Assembly: GCA_051750265.1 (NCBI GenBank)
Contig: JBNJJO010000013.1
Span: 20,946-84,945 of the forward strand
Source of the DNA: Bacillota bacterium
GTDB taxonomy: Bacteria; Bacillota; Bacilli; Bacillales; Bacillaceae
Length of the DNA: 64,000 nucleotides
Direction: 5' to 3'
The position numbers and the translations under genes are program-made. The notes under the pieces were generated by a model, which saw nothing but the letters and a program-made list of their open reading frames with translations, did not search any database and was not told where the DNA came from. This document shows, piece after piece, positions 1 through 11,404 of this stretch (position 1 is its first letter; each line of letters opens with the position of its first letter).

Positions 1-271
1 TATACACAAAATCTTGATAACCACTTAGTACGATAACCGGTATATCTGGATAATCTTTTTCCAGTACTTCAAGGAGCCCGATTCCATCGATTCCAGGCAT
101 CTTCATATCTGTCATCACAAAATCAGGCCGATGCGACTTTATGATTTCAATCGCTTCTTCCCCATTTGTTGCTTCAACTAACTGTTTAATCTCTAAAGAA
201 TCAAGATCAATTAACGCTTTTACCGTTTCTCTTGTCCAGCTTTCATCATCGACGATTAATAGAGTACTCAT
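1..271 (-). CDS. Two-component response regulator, YesN-like (N-terminal part; runs off window)
   Basis: Manual translation MSTLLIVDDESWTRETVKAL...PDFVMTDMKMPGIDGIGLL...VIVLSGYQDF gives a canonical receiver domain; lies directly downstream of a YesM-like kinase; not in the ORF track. Confidence 0.9.
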   Translation of the reverse strand, partial: MSTLLIVDDESWTRETVKALIDLDSLEIKQLVEATNGEEAIEIIKSHRPDFVMTDMKMPGIDGIGLLEVLEKDYPDIPVIVLSGYQDFVY

Positions 272-464
272 CAAATCACATCCCCTTGTTTGTACGAAGG
301 AAAGGGGACGGAACCCGCTTTACCTCAGTTTATAAGCATAATTAGTTTAAAAAAAGACTTGGCTAGTTTCAACAATAGAGTTTAGAGGTTGCTTGTTCCA
401 CCCCTAATTGAAATTGGGCTTGAAGTTAAACTCTGTTTTTCCTTCATTTTTGATGGTGGCGTTA

Positions 465-2216
465 TTACTCCATAGGGGTTTTGTACGGTATTCTCACAAT
501 TACCCTGGTATATTCGGCTTCCTTACTGGTAAGTTCTATCCCATATTCTTTCCCGAAATACAGCTTGATTCTGGCATCTACATTTTTAAGCCCGATACTT
601 CTGTTTTGAGTCTCTACGTCTAGTGATAGCTTTCTCTTTATATCAGCTAATACATCCTTTGGTATTCCTACACTGTTATCCTCAATGACAATTTCGATTT
701 CGTCAAATACTTTTTGAATGTCAATTTTAATACTGCCTTTTTCTACCTGAGACTCAAAGCCATGTTTAAACGAGTTTTCGATGATCGGCTGAAGGGACAA
801 AAGTGGAATGAGGGCATTATTAACGGCTTCATCAACAAATAATTGGATCGATACGCTATCGCCAAATCTTAGTTTTTGAATATGCAAATAATTATTTAAA
901 TGACTTACTTCTTCGTGAATATATACCAGGTCCCCTCGCTTATTCGTAATATAGCGAAACATATGCCCAAGTCGCTGTGTCATTTCATAAATTTCTTTTG
1001 CATCTTTTTTCAGCGCCATCCCACTGATGACTTGAAGCGTATTGTAGAGAAAGTGTGGATTAATTTGTGCTTGAAGAGCGAGAAATTGCGCATCTCGGTT
1101 TTCCATTTCGCGCTTATAATCCTTCTCAATCAGTTCCCGTATACGATTGATCATTTCTTTATATTTCCGATGAAGAATACCTATTTCATCGGTCCGACTT
1201 GCGTCTATTTGCACGCTGAAGTTATTTTCCTCAACGTTCTCCATTGTTTTAGAGAGGGCTACAATTGGTTTTGCAACTTGATTGGACACTATAATCGATA
1301 AAAGAACAGTCAAGAAAATAGAAATAATAAGAATAACTACACCAGATCGTCCAATATAAACAGCCCCTACCATCATTACTTCTTCCGGCACCACTTTTAA
1401 TAAAACAATCTGTTCATTCATCATTTTTTCAAAGAAATAATAATCCTTTTCTTTCGTAATATACTTGTTTCCCGTTGTAGAAGTTAATTGTGTAGCAATG
1501 ACTTTGCTAAACTTTTTCGTTAGCTGTCCTGGAGTGTAAAGGAGATTTCCATGTGAATCAAGTAGCAACACAGATTCTCCTTCATTACTTTGCAGGTTTT
1601 CTGCAATATCTTTCATAAATGCAAACATCACTTGTATTTCAATTTTCCCTACCAGCTTTTGATCTTCAAATCGATAAATATTGCGGGCAAAAGAAAAACT
1701 GTTAGTGGCTGGATCCACATTGAAGATCGCATCTTTATTTTCTTTTTTTAACGGTAAATCCGGATAATTGCTAACAAAAAAATCGTTCTTTTCAACTTTG
1801 TATATACGATCATCTTCGTATGAAACTAGCGATACAGACAAAATATCATCGTTCCCATTATATAATCCAAAAAGTTTATCTTTAATATAAGATTGCGTGT
1901 TAAACGTATTACTAGTGGTAATATTATCAACCGTTGTAATACTTGGCACCAGCTTTTCATCTACAAGTGCTGAAAACAAAAAGTCATCATACATGCGCAT
2001 TTGCTCTTCAATATAACTGCTTGATAGCTCCATTCGTGAAAGATTCGAACTAATTTCCGACGATTCAACCGTTCCTCTGGAAATCTCTGTTGAAATCAGC
2101 ATGAAAATTAAAAGAGGAACCATCATGACAAGAAGGAGGGTTCCCATTAACTTACGCTGAATGCTCTCAAGGATGTATTTATTAAAATAATGTTTTACTC
2201 TGCTTCGTAATCGCAA
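465..2216 (-). CDS. Sensor histidine kinase, YesM/LytS family (Cache, HAMP, His_kinase, HATPase)
   Basis: Two TM segments; HAMP (RTDEIGIL); LQAQINPHFLYNTL H-box; LQPIIENSFKHG N-box; IGLKNV G-box. Confidence 0.93.
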   Translation of the reverse strand: MRLRSRVKHYFNKYILESIQRKLMGTLLLVMMVPLLIFMLISTEISRGTVESSEISSNLSRMELSSSYIEEQMRMYDDFLFSALVDEKLVPSITTVDNITTSNTFNTQSYIKDKLFGLYNGNDDILSVSLVSYEDDRIYKVEKNDFFVSNYPDLPLKKENKDAIFNVDPATNSFSFARNIYRFEDQKLVGKIEIQVMFAFMKDIAENLQSNEGESVLLLDSHGNLLYTPGQLTKKFSKVIATQLTSTTGNKYITKEKDYYFFEKMMNEQIVLLKVVPEEVMMVGAVYIGRSGVVILIISIFLTVLLSIIVSNQVAKPIVALSKTMENVEENNFSVQIDASRTDEIGILHRKYKEMINRIRELIEKDYKREMENRDAQFLALQAQINPHFLYNTLQVISGMALKKDAKEIYEMTQRLGHMFRYITNKRGDLVYIHEEVSHLNNYLHIQKLRFGDSVSIQLFVDEAVNNALIPLLSLQPIIENSFKHGFESQVEKGSIKIDIQKVFDEIEIVIEDNSVGIPKDVLADIKRKLSLDVETQNRSIGLKNVDARIKLYFGKEYGIELTSKEAEYTRVIVRIPYKTPME

Positions 2217-2492
2217 TGTCTAATCCTCCTTGGGGACAAATGTATCTACTCACATGTCCATTCCATTATAAAGGATATTTTCATGCCTGGTTTAGCTAGT
2301 TTTTGCATATTAATGAGATTTTTAACTTTCAAAGATATTTATAGGTAAAAGAGACCATGTAGGGCGTTACTTTGCCTTAGTGCAACTGCACATCGCACAG
2401 AAAAGGAACCGTTTAATAAACAGTTCCTTCGCATTTATTATATTTAACTGAGGTCACTCGATCGTTTATTAAGCTTAAAGTTTTTAAATAGT

Positions 2493-2674
2493 GGCTGTTT
2501 TCGCAAAGATTGTTGCTTTTCGTAAATAACTATACTTTACGGACATAGCCTATCTTCGTGCTCTTTTCGCTTATTTACTAAGTGGTACTCCTTGAATTGC
2601 TTATAGTTTCTACGATAAAAATCCAAAAGCCAATTTTTATAAGTCTAAAAGCAACAAACTTTTAGAAAAGAGCC
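2493..2674 (+). mobile_element. MITE family A, copy 1 (ISL3-like ends)
   Basis: 28-bp imperfect TIRs GGCTGTTTTCGCAAAGATTGTTGCTTTT / GGCTCTTTTCTAAAAGTTTGTTGCTTTT; 8-bp flanking duplication TAAATAGT/TAAATAAT; near-identical copies at 28339 and 42982. Confidence 0.9.
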
Positions 2675-2776
2675 TAAATAATAGAGCTTTATAAAACTCT
2701 TTCACTATAAACATTTACAAAAAAACTTAAAATTAGGAGGTAAAGAGCCAACAACCCGTTGACCCTTTGATGGAAT

Positions 2777-3412
2777 TTAAAAAGTATGAGCTAAATCCTT
2801 TGCTCTTACAATTGCATTTTCTTTAATTTCTTCTGCTTTATCAGGCATTGCAGCATGTCCTTCAACGAATAGACCTTCAAAAGAAGGAACCCCATAAAAT
2901 TGCATCATAACATTCAGATAGCGATGACCCATTTCCATTTCAGCTGCCGGTCCTTCTGAATAAATACCTCCACGAGCTTGAATATGCAAGGCTTTCTTAT
3001 CAGTTAAAAGACCCACTGGACCTTGTTCAGTGTACTTAAATGTTTTACCTGCCACAGAAACAGAATCAAGATAAGCTTTCATCACTGGTGGGAATGAAAA
3101 ATTCCATAATGGAGTTACAAATACATATTTATCCGCTGCAATAAATTGTTCACATAACTCTGAAAGTCGCCCAACTTTCGCTTTCTCTTCGGAAGAAAGC
3201 TCCTCAAAGGCTTTTCCAGATTGAAGTTTTCCCCAACCACTAAACACATCTACATCAATTTGAGGAATACTTTCTTTATAAAGATCAATATTCACAATCT
3301 CGTGTTCCGGATTTACTTCTTTATACGCATCAATAAATGCCTTTCCTACAGCCATACTGTAAGATTGAGTATCATCATGTGGATGAGCTGTAATGTATAA
3401 TACTTGAGTCAT
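2777..3412 (-). CDS. azoR: FMN-dependent NADH-azoreductase
   Basis: [55 protein letters not shown] motifs. Confidence 0.93.
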   Translation of the reverse strand: MTQVLYITAHPHDDTQSYSMAVGKAFIDAYKEVNPEHEIVNIDLYKESIPQIDVDVFSGWGKLQSGKAFEELSSEEKAKVGRLSELCEQFIAADKYVFVTPLWNFSFPPVMKAYLDSVSVAGKTFKYTEQGPVGLLTDKKALHIQARGGIYSEGPAAEMEMGHRYLNVMMQFYGVPSFEGLFVEGHAAMPDKAEEIKENAIVRAKDLAHTF

Positions 3413-3609
3413 TTTTGTACCTTTCCCTTCATTATATAGTTTAGTCATTATAGTTTGTTTATGAAACTATAATTCATATATTTTATTTGAATTAAAATAT
3501 TTTTAATTCAAGATAATTATATAAGACTAACTATTGTTTTTCAAATTATTTGCTTATCTTCATAAAAAAAGATTTGCTTTAATAAGGCAAATCCTTTTTT
3601 AACATTATT

Positions 3610-3753
3610 CTATTTTTCAATGACATAAGGATTACTGCTAATATTATTTCTCATTTCATCAGTCAATTTAAATGGTTCACTTACGAAAGAATCTGCAGTT
3701 GAAGATTCAACATTTTGAACGCTGCCATCATAATGAAGTGGTTTTCCTTCCAT
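3610..3753 (-). CDS. Small hypothetical protein (47 aa)
   Basis: Strong RBS GGAGGTG before ATG of MEGKPLHY...; hairpin downstream near 3566-3600. Confidence 0.6.
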   Translation of the reverse strand: MEGKPLHYDGSVQNVESSTADSFVSEPFKLTDEMRNNISSNPYVIEK

Positions 3754-4011
3754 ATGTATATCACCTCCAGTGATTTTAGGAAGTATGTACATTATTTAAC
3801 TATTTACCGAATGGCCATTAACTATTCCTAATAGAAGATAGGCCAGAAATCTTATTTAACCTGACCTTAGGTTTGTGTCTTTCAACTTAAATATTAGGTA
3901 AACTTCCTCCCGCCTCTTTAGTTTATGATTATATTTTACCAACTTTAAGATGATCATTTTGTCACATTTTGTAGAATATATTATTTTTTTCTTTTTAATT
4001 GACTACAAAAA

Positions 4012-4052
4012 AAAAGCAGTGTGATTTCTTTTGTGTGAAATCCACTGCTTTT
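4012..4052. terminator. Intrinsic, possibly bidirectional terminator after the LacI gene
   Basis: AAAAGCAGTG...CACTGCTTTT stem with A/T tracts; a very similar hairpin occurs at 32416-32457. Confidence 0.7.
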
Positions 4053-4107
4053 ATAGTTGCTATACTATTGGTTATTTCTAATATGAGGACCTCAAAAGTT
4101 CACTTGA

Positions 4108-5124
4108 TCAGAACGACTCTATCCTTCTATTTGTAGAATCTCTTATGTAAAGTTCACAACAAAACACAGTATCTGAAATCTCTACTTCTTCTTTGTTTAT
4201 TTGTTTTAAAAGTAGTTCAGCAGCCTTTTGTCCCATATCATATGAAGGCTGGCTTATGGTCGTAACAGAAGGACTAACTAGGTCAGCAAATGGAATATTA
4301 TCGAAAACGATTAAACCGAGCTGCTCTCCTATTTTAATCTTGTTTTCTTTCGCAAATTTCAACACTTCTAAAAACACTAAGTCATTAGCTGCTACAAGTG
4401 CAGTAGGTGGGTCTTGTAAGGAAAACAGCTTTTCAAGTTCTGTTGACATTAATTTTATTTCAGTACTTATCATATATTCTTCCGATACAGGTACATGGTT
4501 TTCCATTAGTGCGTCCATATATCCCTGTTTCCGTTCAAGTCTAGTAGAAATCGTTAGTAACTCTGTTGCAATCGCTATCTTCTTATGACCATTTTCAATT
4601 AAGTGCTCTACTGCACGATTGGTAGCTTCCCTGTTATTCACGACTACTGATGGAACCATGATATCCTTTACTATTCGGTCCATAAAGACAACTGGGTATC
4701 CAATATTCACCATGCTTTTGTATAGCTCTATATTTTGGCCGGTTGGAAAAATGATCAATCCGTCCACCTGTTTAGCACGGAGCATTTCAATATATTTTCG
4801 TTCTTTTTCTGGATCATTATCGGCATTGCATATAATGGTATTCATATCATGTTCATTAAAATAATCCTCAAGGGAACGGCAAACTTCAGTTGAATACCGA
4901 TGCATAATATTAGCTACGATAATCCCGACCATCGACGTACGTTTTTGTTTTAAGCTTCTGGCAACATTATTTGGTTGATATCCTAGCTCTTTGATTGCAG
5001 CTTCTATTATGTATCTTGTTTCCTTACTCATATATTCATATCGTTTATTTAAATATTGTGAAACCGTGCTTTTTGAAACTCCTGCCTTTTTAGCGACATC
5101 CGCCATTGTTATTACTGCCATCAT
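4108..5124 (-). CDS. LacI-family transcriptional regulator (KdgR/PtxS-like)
   Basis: ITMADVAKKAGVSKSTVSQYLN HTH; ELGYQPNNVARSL hinge; periplasmic-binding-type effector domain. Confidence 0.93.
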   Translation of the reverse strand: MMAVITMADVAKKAGVSKSTVSQYLNKRYEYMSKETRYIIEAAIKELGYQPNNVARSLKQKRTSMVGIIVANIMHRYSTEVCRSLEDYFNEHDMNTIICNADNDPEKERKYIEMLRAKQVDGLIIFPTGQNIELYKSMVNIGYPVVFMDRIVKDIMVPSVVVNNREATNRAVEHLIENGHKKIAIATELLTISTRLERKQGYMDALMENHVPVSEEYMISTEIKLMSTELEKLFSLQDPPTALVAANDLVFLEVLKFAKENKIKIGEQLGLIVFDNIPFADLVSPSVTTISQPSYDMGQKAAELLLKQINKEEVEISDTVFCCELYIRDSTNRRIESF

Positions 5125-5194
5125 ATCGTCCTCTTTTAGCTTTCTCATTTCCTCCATTTTATCTTTTAATGGCTAATTTTGCTAGTATGAACAG

Positions 5195-5240
5195 AAAAAG
5201 AGGATAACTCAATAGGGTCAGACCCTTTTGAGTTATCCTC
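5195..5240 (-). terminator. Intrinsic terminator after the MFS gene
   Basis: GAGGATAACTCAA...TTGAGTTATCCTC stem followed by a T-tract on the minus strand. Confidence 0.7.
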
Positions 5241-5276
5241 AAGTATATTTATCTAATCTGCTGTTTAGCCCATAAT

Positions 5277-6551
5277 TTATGCAACCGCTTCAATTTTTTT
5301 GTCGGGCTTTTTTGCCGCATTTACCGCCCAATTCGTTAATAGTGCTGAAAGAAATAAAGCTCCTGCCATAAAGATATAGGATGCGCCAAATCCTCCCGTC
5401 GCTCCATTTAAATACCCGACAAAGTATGAACCGGCAAACGATCCTAGCGCTCCCATACTGTTGATCAACGCCATCGCTCCGCCAGCAACGTTACGTGGTA
5501 GTATTTCTGGAATGATTGCAAAGAATGGACCATATGGAGCGTACATTGCACCGCCGGCGATGACTAATAATACGAACGATAACCAGAAGTTGCTTGTTCC
5601 AACTAGATAAGAGCCATAAAATGCAAGTGCTCCAATTAATAGAAATGGCCAAACAAACGCTTTTCTGTTCTGCAATTTATCTGAGAAATGAGAAGCTGTT
5701 AACATTAGGACAATCGATAAAATATAAGGAACAGCTGATAACCAGCCTGTTTCAATAATATCCATATTCGGTGCTGATTTAATAATTGATGGAAGCCACA
5801 TCACGAAACCGTAAACCCCAACACTCCACAAAGCATATTGTGCACAAAGCAAGATGACTGTTTTTGACTTAAATGCATCTGCATAGCTTTTAACCGGCTT
5901 TATTCCTTGCTGTTCTTTTTCAAGCTCTTCCTGTAGCAATGATTTCTCCTGATCTGAAAGCCATTTCGCATCTTTCGGTTCATCATTGACTAATTTCCAC
6001 CATAAGAATGCCCAAATAACTGCTGGCAGACCTTCGATAATAAACATCCATCTCCAGCCATATGCTTCTAAGAGATAGCCTGAAACGATCGACATCCATA
6101 AAACAGTTGCAGGGTTACCAAGAATTAAAAATGTATTGGCACGAGAACGTTCTGCCTTTGTAAACCAGTGGCTTAGGAAAACGAGCATAGCTGGCATAAC
6201 AGCGCTTTCTACAACTCCAAGCATAAACCGGATGACAAATAGAAAGCCGACATTACTAACAAGTCCAGTCGCTGTCGCAAGACCACCCCATAAAATTAAC
6301 GACCAGAAAACAAGTTTTTTTGCACTATTATTTTCCGCATAATGCGCTCCTGGAATTTGAAAAAAGAAGTAGCCCAGGAAAAACAAGGAGCCTAATAATG
6401 ATGAGATCGCAGGTGTGATTTGTAAGTCAGTAGCCATACCTGCTGCCGCTCCAAAACCATAGTTTGCACGATCTAAGTATGCAAGGCTGTACGTAATAAA
6501 TACAACAGGAATCAATCGAAGCCATCTTTGTTTTGCTAATGTTTTTTGCAT
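5277..6551 (-). CDS. MFS transporter, ACS family, KguT-like (2-ketogluconate permease)
   Basis: LAYLDRANYGF, FFLGYFFFQIPG, WFTKAERSRAN, GWRWMFIIEGLPA motifs; operon context. Confidence 0.85.
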   Translation of the reverse strand: MQKTLAKQRWLRLIPVVFITYSLAYLDRANYGFGAAAGMATDLQITPAISSLLGSLFFLGYFFFQIPGAHYAENNSAKKLVFWSLILWGGLATATGLVSNVGFLFVIRFMLGVVESAVMPAMLVFLSHWFTKAERSRANTFLILGNPATVLWMSIVSGYLLEAYGWRWMFIIEGLPAVIWAFLWWKLVNDEPKDAKWLSDQEKSLLQEELEKEQQGIKPVKSYADAFKSKTVILLCAQYALWSVGVYGFVMWLPSIIKSAPNMDIIETGWLSAVPYILSIVLMLTASHFSDKLQNRKAFVWPFLLIGALAFYGSYLVGTSNFWLSFVLLVIAGGAMYAPYGPFFAIIPEILPRNVAGGAMALINSMGALGSFAGSYFVGYLNGATGGFGASYIFMAGALFLSALLTNWAVNAAKKPDKKIEAVA

Positions 6552-6552
6552 A

Positions 6553-7512
6553 TTATTTCACTCCTTGTACATTTTTTTTCATATATTGGTCTAATTGGTG
6601 ACTAGTTGGATAGCCATCATTGTCCCCTGGTGATTGGACGGCTAATGATCCAATCGCGTTTCCTCGCAACACCGCTTCGTGGATTGGAAGATTTTCCAAT
6701 AATCCACTGAGGACACCAACAGCAAATCCATCTCCTGCACCAACGGTATCAATGACCTTCTCTACTTTCATTGCTTTTACAGTGCCTTCATTGTCGGCCG
6801 TTTTATAATAAGCGCCATCTTCACCAAGCTTGATAATGACTAGCTTTACTCCTTTATCTAAATAGTAGGAGGCAATGTCTTGAGGAGAACTAAAGCCAGT
6901 TAATAAACCGCCTTCTACTATACCTGGAAGAAATGTATCTGCTTTAAAAGCAATTTTGTTTGTTTCTTTCACCATTTCTGTTTTTGAATTCCAAAGTAAC
7001 GGGCGTAAATTCGGATCGAATGATACAGTCCGTTTATTCTTTTTCATAAACTCAAGAGCGTGTTTTGCAAATTCTCTCGTATGATTGGATAGAGCGAGAG
7101 GAATTCCGGTCATATGCATGTGACGGGCATTTACAAAGTAATCTTCTTGGAAATCGTTTACTCCCATTTGACTTGCTGCTGAACCTTTGCGAAAATATTG
7201 AACTTCAGGATCGCCAACAACCACTTTTGATTTTACTTGAAACCCTGTAGGAAAGTGTTCATCCACTAAAACATGGTCAATATTAACGTTCTCTTCTTTC
7301 AATCGTTGAACAATAAATTTCCCAAACGAATCATTTCCGACTTTGCTTGCCCATCCTGATCCGAATCCTAATCTTGCCAGACCGATTGCCACATTGGTTT
7401 CCGCACCCGCTAGACCACGGGTGTAGTGATTAACTTCATGCAATGGCCCCTGTTCATTTGCCATAAACATGGCCATCGCTTCACCAAATGTGATGACATC
7501 TAATTGTTGCAT
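6553..7512 (-). CDS. PfkB-family sugar kinase (KguK/KdgK-like)
   Basis: AGAETNVAIGLARLG, SFDPNLRP, DTVGAGDGF motifs. Confidence 0.9.
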   Translation of the reverse strand: MQQLDVITFGEAMAMFMANEQGPLHEVNHYTRGLAGAETNVAIGLARLGFGSGWASKVGNDSFGKFIVQRLKEENVNIDHVLVDEHFPTGFQVKSKVVVGDPEVQYFRKGSAASQMGVNDFQEDYFVNARHMHMTGIPLALSNHTREFAKHALEFMKKNKRTVSFDPNLRPLLWNSKTEMVKETNKIAFKADTFLPGIVEGGLLTGFSSPQDIASYYLDKGVKLVIIKLGEDGAYYKTADNEGTVKAMKVEKVIDTVGAGDGFAVGVLSGLLENLPIHEAVLRGNAIGSLAVQSPGDNDGYPTSHQLDQYMKKNVQGVK

Positions 7513-8294
7513 ATTGTTACCCCGCTTTCTTCTATTACTGCTTCTTGAACCATCTCAATATATTTTTTAGCTTTAGAGATTGGATCGATTGGAAACTCAA
7601 TTGCTTTTGTCACGTGAGCTGGAAATCGGTTTACTATTTGTCTCCACTCTGCGTCTTTGTCATATGGAAGTGGCAATGTAACTAGCACATCTTCACGTTT
7701 TTCAACATGTTTGAGATGCAGGTAACTGACATATGTAGCAAGCTGTTCTAGAGCATATTGAACATTCTGTTCCGTATAATGCCAGTTTCCTATATCAAAT
7801 GTCATTTTGACAGGCACTTCACTCAGGGAAGCGTTTTTAAGGAAACACTTTAATCGTTCAACACTTCCCCCATGAAGTGTTTGATCATTTTCAACTAGTA
7901 ATTGTATGTTTCCGTTTTCATAATTAAGTTGTTTTAAAAAATCCTTTAATTCAGTGCAGCTTGAGCTTTCAGGGTAATAATGTCCTAAAGAAACTTTTAC
8001 CCACGCTGCTCCGAGATTTCTTGCCTCTTCAAAAGTCCTTTGAAGGGAATCTTTATCCAATTGACCCTTTATAGTCCATAATTCTACTGAAGCAGAAAAA
8101 ACAATAAATAGCTTGAATTTTTCAATCTCCATTTTTATTTCTTCAAGTGGCATATCCTCTTCTGGAAATAGCTCCCTACGAATCTCAATTCCGTAAGCAC
8201 CTGACAGGGCTACCCTTTCTATAAACGCCTCCTGCCCTTTCTCTAAAACTTCATTTCTATTAAAAGCATTTAATGGAACAATCACATTTTTCAT
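7500..8294 (-). CDS. Sugar-phosphate isomerase/epimerase TIM barrel (KguE-like)
   Basis: GIEIRREL, VKVSLG, LLVENDQT, MTFDIGNW, YLHLK motifs; first gene of a kgu-like operon. Confidence 0.8.
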   Translation of the reverse strand: MKNVIVPLNAFNRNEVLEKGQEAFIERVALSGAYGIEIRRELFPEEDMPLEEIKMEIEKFKLFIVFSASVELWTIKGQLDKDSLQRTFEEARNLGAAWVKVSLGHYYPESSSCTELKDFLKQLNYENGNIQLLVENDQTLHGGSVERLKCFLKNASLSEVPVKMTFDIGNWHYTEQNVQYALEQLATYVSYLHLKHVEKREDVLVTLPLPYDKDAEWRQIVNRFPAHVTKAIEFPIDPISKAKKYIEMVQEAVIEESGVTICNN

Positions 8295-8318
8295 TTATAA
8301 ATCCTTTCTAGTGGTTTA

Positions 8319-8343
8319 TAAACCGGTTTAGTAAATCGATTTA
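8319..8343. promoter_or_regulatory. Tandem palindromic LacI-type operators
   Basis: TAAACCGGTTTA (8319-8330) and TAAATCGATTTA (8332-8343), central CG, just downstream of the -10 box. Confidence 0.7.
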
Positions 8344-8348
8344 TAAAA

Positions 8349-8377
8349 AGTATAATTGAATTGTAAGCGCTTTTCAA
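8349..8377 (-). promoter_or_regulatory. SigA promoter with overlapping cre-like (CcpA) site
   Basis: TTGAAA-17 bp-TATACT on minus; TGTAAGCGCTTTTCA at 8362-8376. Confidence 0.7.
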
Positions 8378-8678
8378 TCCTATTTTTTAATTTTTTTAAT
8401 CCTTTCATTTCCGGACTCTGCCGATCGCTGAATTCTATTATTTCATTAGCTTTCACGATAATTTGCATACCATCATTCGTTCTGATTTCAAATATTAGCT
8501 TTTTTAACTATAAAATAAAAAAACTCGAAAGGCTTTAAGCCCATCAAGTTTATATATCTAAAAATTAAAGACCTTCTTCAATCGTCACATTAGCTTTTGG
8601 CTATGTTGTCTTGTTTAAATTCAATCCACTGTTTCGAGAATTATGGGATAAATGGTTTCGAAAAAGTTTGCGCGTTAA

Positions 8679-9969
8679 TTATCTGCTACTTTCAATCTCA
8701 CTGATCGAATCATCTAAAATCCGAATCACTTTCCCGACTTCTTCGCTATTAATGATCATTGGTGGTGCAATCACAATCGTATCCTTTCCATCAAATACGA
8801 CAGAACGACAAATGAGCCCGCGTTTCGCTGCTTCAACGACTATAAGTTGTGATATAGATGTTTTAAACCTTTTTTGATCTGAATCAACGAATTCAATCGC
8901 AGCCATTAGCCCAATTCCTCTTATCTCACAAACGATTTTTCTTTTGCCTTGAATCTGCTTAAGGCCCTCTAACAGTTCATTTCCCATCACCTTAGCATTT
9001 TCAACTTGGTAATATTTTTCAACCAACTCGATATTTTTCAATGCAACTGCACATATCATCGTATGGCCGCTGTTCGTATATCCGTGTTATAACGTTCCCG
9101 TTGAAAGCTTCTTAAAGTCCTCATGAATTCCCTTAGATAACATGACCCCACCAAGCTTTGCATAGCCACTTTGTATACCTTTTGCAAAACACATTATGTC
9201 AGGAGTTACATCGTAGTGTTCGATGCCGAACCATTTGCCTGTTCTTCCAAATCCTGTAATGACTTCATCAGTGATAAACAAGATTCCATACTCTACACAA
9301 ATATCCTTTACCTCTTTAAAGTAGTTTTCTTGTACAATATGCACACCACCAGCACCTTTGACTGGTTCAGCAATAAACTCAGCAATCGTTTCAGATCCTT
9401 CCGCTTCAATTCGTTCGCGCAGTGCAGCAGATTCAAAATGGGTAACATGAAAAAAATCTGGAGCTAGTGAGTCCCTGAAAGGTTTCAAACCTGTCGCACT
9501 AGTCGCTCCCATTGACAGTCCATAATACGATTTTGTTCTTGAGATGATTTTTTTCGCTCCGGTTTGCCTTTTAAGATTCAATAATGGCGGGCGAGCTTAT
9601 ATGCTGTATCATTCGCTTCAGATCCATCAGATGTAAAAACGTTTCCTGTAATTGACAGGTGCTAGTTCAGCAAGCTTTGCGGAAAGTTGAATCGCAGGTT
9701 CGTTACTAAACGTTCAAAAAAAAGAACTATATGTAAGCTTTGTCATTTTCTCTTTTGCTCCTTCTCCCCATTTCTCCTCTCCCATGTCCCACATTCACAT
9801 TCCATAGCGATGACATGCCATCAAGGACTATGTTTCCTTTAATCGAGGTAAATGCCTCTCCCTTCTTTGAAAATAAAAGAAGGGCCACTATCCTGCTGTT
9901 GTTGGATCGAAGATGTTGGATGGAGAAAATGCTTTTTATCTTATTCCTCCAGCTGGTGAATGTCATCAT
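8679..9969 (-). pseudogene. Class III (omega-amine/putrescine-type) aminotransferase, frameshifted
   Basis: Fragments in several frames: LDGMSSLWNVNVGHGR; FIAEPVKGAGG, DEVITGFGRTG, FAKGI; RGIGLMAAIE, IAPP. Confidence 0.88.
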
Positions 9970-10186
9970 AAACCACCCTTTTTGTTTGAAATATGGTACT
10001 TGATACTTCATAAGTATTCTACAAAACTCGGGCTATGATAGGTACAATTATTGCACTTTTTTGTCTTAATATATTGATTAATCATTATTTATGCTAGGAT
10101 TCTCCAAACATAACAGCTTATAAAAGATAAATTCTATGTTGACTACAGAAGTGCATCTATTCTTTTAGAAGTTGAACTTAAAAACT

Positions 10187-11404
10187 TCATTCCTCTTCAC
10201 TTATCATTTCTGTTTCCTTTTTCAACATTTCTGCCTTATCCGTTTTTTCCCAGGGCAAATTGATATCCGATCTTCCAAAGTGCCCATAGCACGCAGTTTG
10301 AAAATAAATGGGTTGCTTTAGATTTAACATCTGAATAATACCTGCAGGGCGAAGGTCAAAGTATTTACGAATTAGTTGAACGATCTTTCTTTCTTCTATT
10401 TTTTCTGTACCAAATGTTTCAACAGCTATTGAAACAGGAGTAGCTACTCCAATAGAGTAAGCAAGTTGAACTTCACATTTTTCTGCAATCCCTGCTGCAA
10501 CAATATTTTTAGCTACATAACGTGCTGCATAGGCTGCCGAACGATCAACCTTAGTTGGATCTTTTCCCGAAAAAGCACCTCCCCCATGACGTGAATATCC
10601 ACCATACGTATCAACAATGATTTTACGACCAGTTAAGCCTGCGTCTCCCTTTGGTCCACCAATGACGAAACGACCAGTCGGGTTAATAAAATATTTTGTG
10701 TTATCATCCATTAATTCAGATGGTACCACGTGAGCAATTACATGATGATGCAAATCTTTTTTTATTTGTTCTAATTCTACTTCCGGATCATGTTGTGCAG
10801 AAATAACGATTGTATCAATGCGAACATGCTTTGCGTCTTCGTATTCTACTGTAACCTGAACTTTTCCATCCGGCCGTAAATAACCAATCATCCCATTTTT
10901 TCGCACTTCTGTTAAACGTCTAGCCAGCTTGTTGGACAAAGAGATTGGTAATGGCATTAGCTCCTGTGTTTCATTACAAGCAAAACCAAACATTAATCCT
11001 TGATCCCCTGCACCAATTGCTTCTAATTCATCCTCATTCATTAAACCTTCACGGGCTTCTAGAGCTTTATTAACTCCTATAGCTATATCAGGAGATTGCT
11101 TATTCAGCGCAATTAAAATCTTACATGTATCTGCATCAAAACCATATTCAGTGTTTGTATAACCGATATTTCGAATGGTTTCTCTCACTATTTCTAAGAA
11201 ATCCACTTTGCTGTCCGTTGAAATTTCTCCAGATAAAACAACTAAGTCTGAACTAATGGAACTTTCACAAGCAACGCGGGCATTTGGGTCTTTTTCAAAA
11301 ATGGCATCTAATATAGCATCAGAGATTTGATCACACATTTTATCTGGATGACCTTCTGTAACTGATTCCGATGTGAAAAGGTGTCGTTGTTTTTTATGCA
11401 TCAC
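10187..11404 (-). CDS. metK: S-adenosylmethionine synthetase
   Basis: [19 protein letters not shown] and GGGAFSGKD signatures; full length (405 aa). Confidence 0.97.
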   Translation of the reverse strand: MMHKKQRHLFTSESVTEGHPDKMCDQISDAILDAIFEKDPNARVACESSISSDLVVLSGEISTDSKVDFLEIVRETIRNIGYTNTEYGFDADTCKILIALNKQSPDIAIGVNKALEAREGLMNEDELEAIGAGDQGLMFGFACNETQELMPLPISLSNKLARRLTEVRKNGMIGYLRPDGKVQVTVEYEDAKHVRIDTIVISAQHDPEVELEQIKKDLHHHVIAHVVPSELMDDNTKYFINPTGRFVIGGPKGDAGLTGRKIIVDTYGGYSRHGGGAFSGKDPTKVDRSAAYAARYVAKNIVAAGIAEKCEVQLAYSIGVATPVSIAVETFGTEKIEERKIVQLIRKYFDLRPAGIIQMLNLKQPIYFQTACYGHFGRSDINLPWEKTDKAEMLKKETEMISEEE

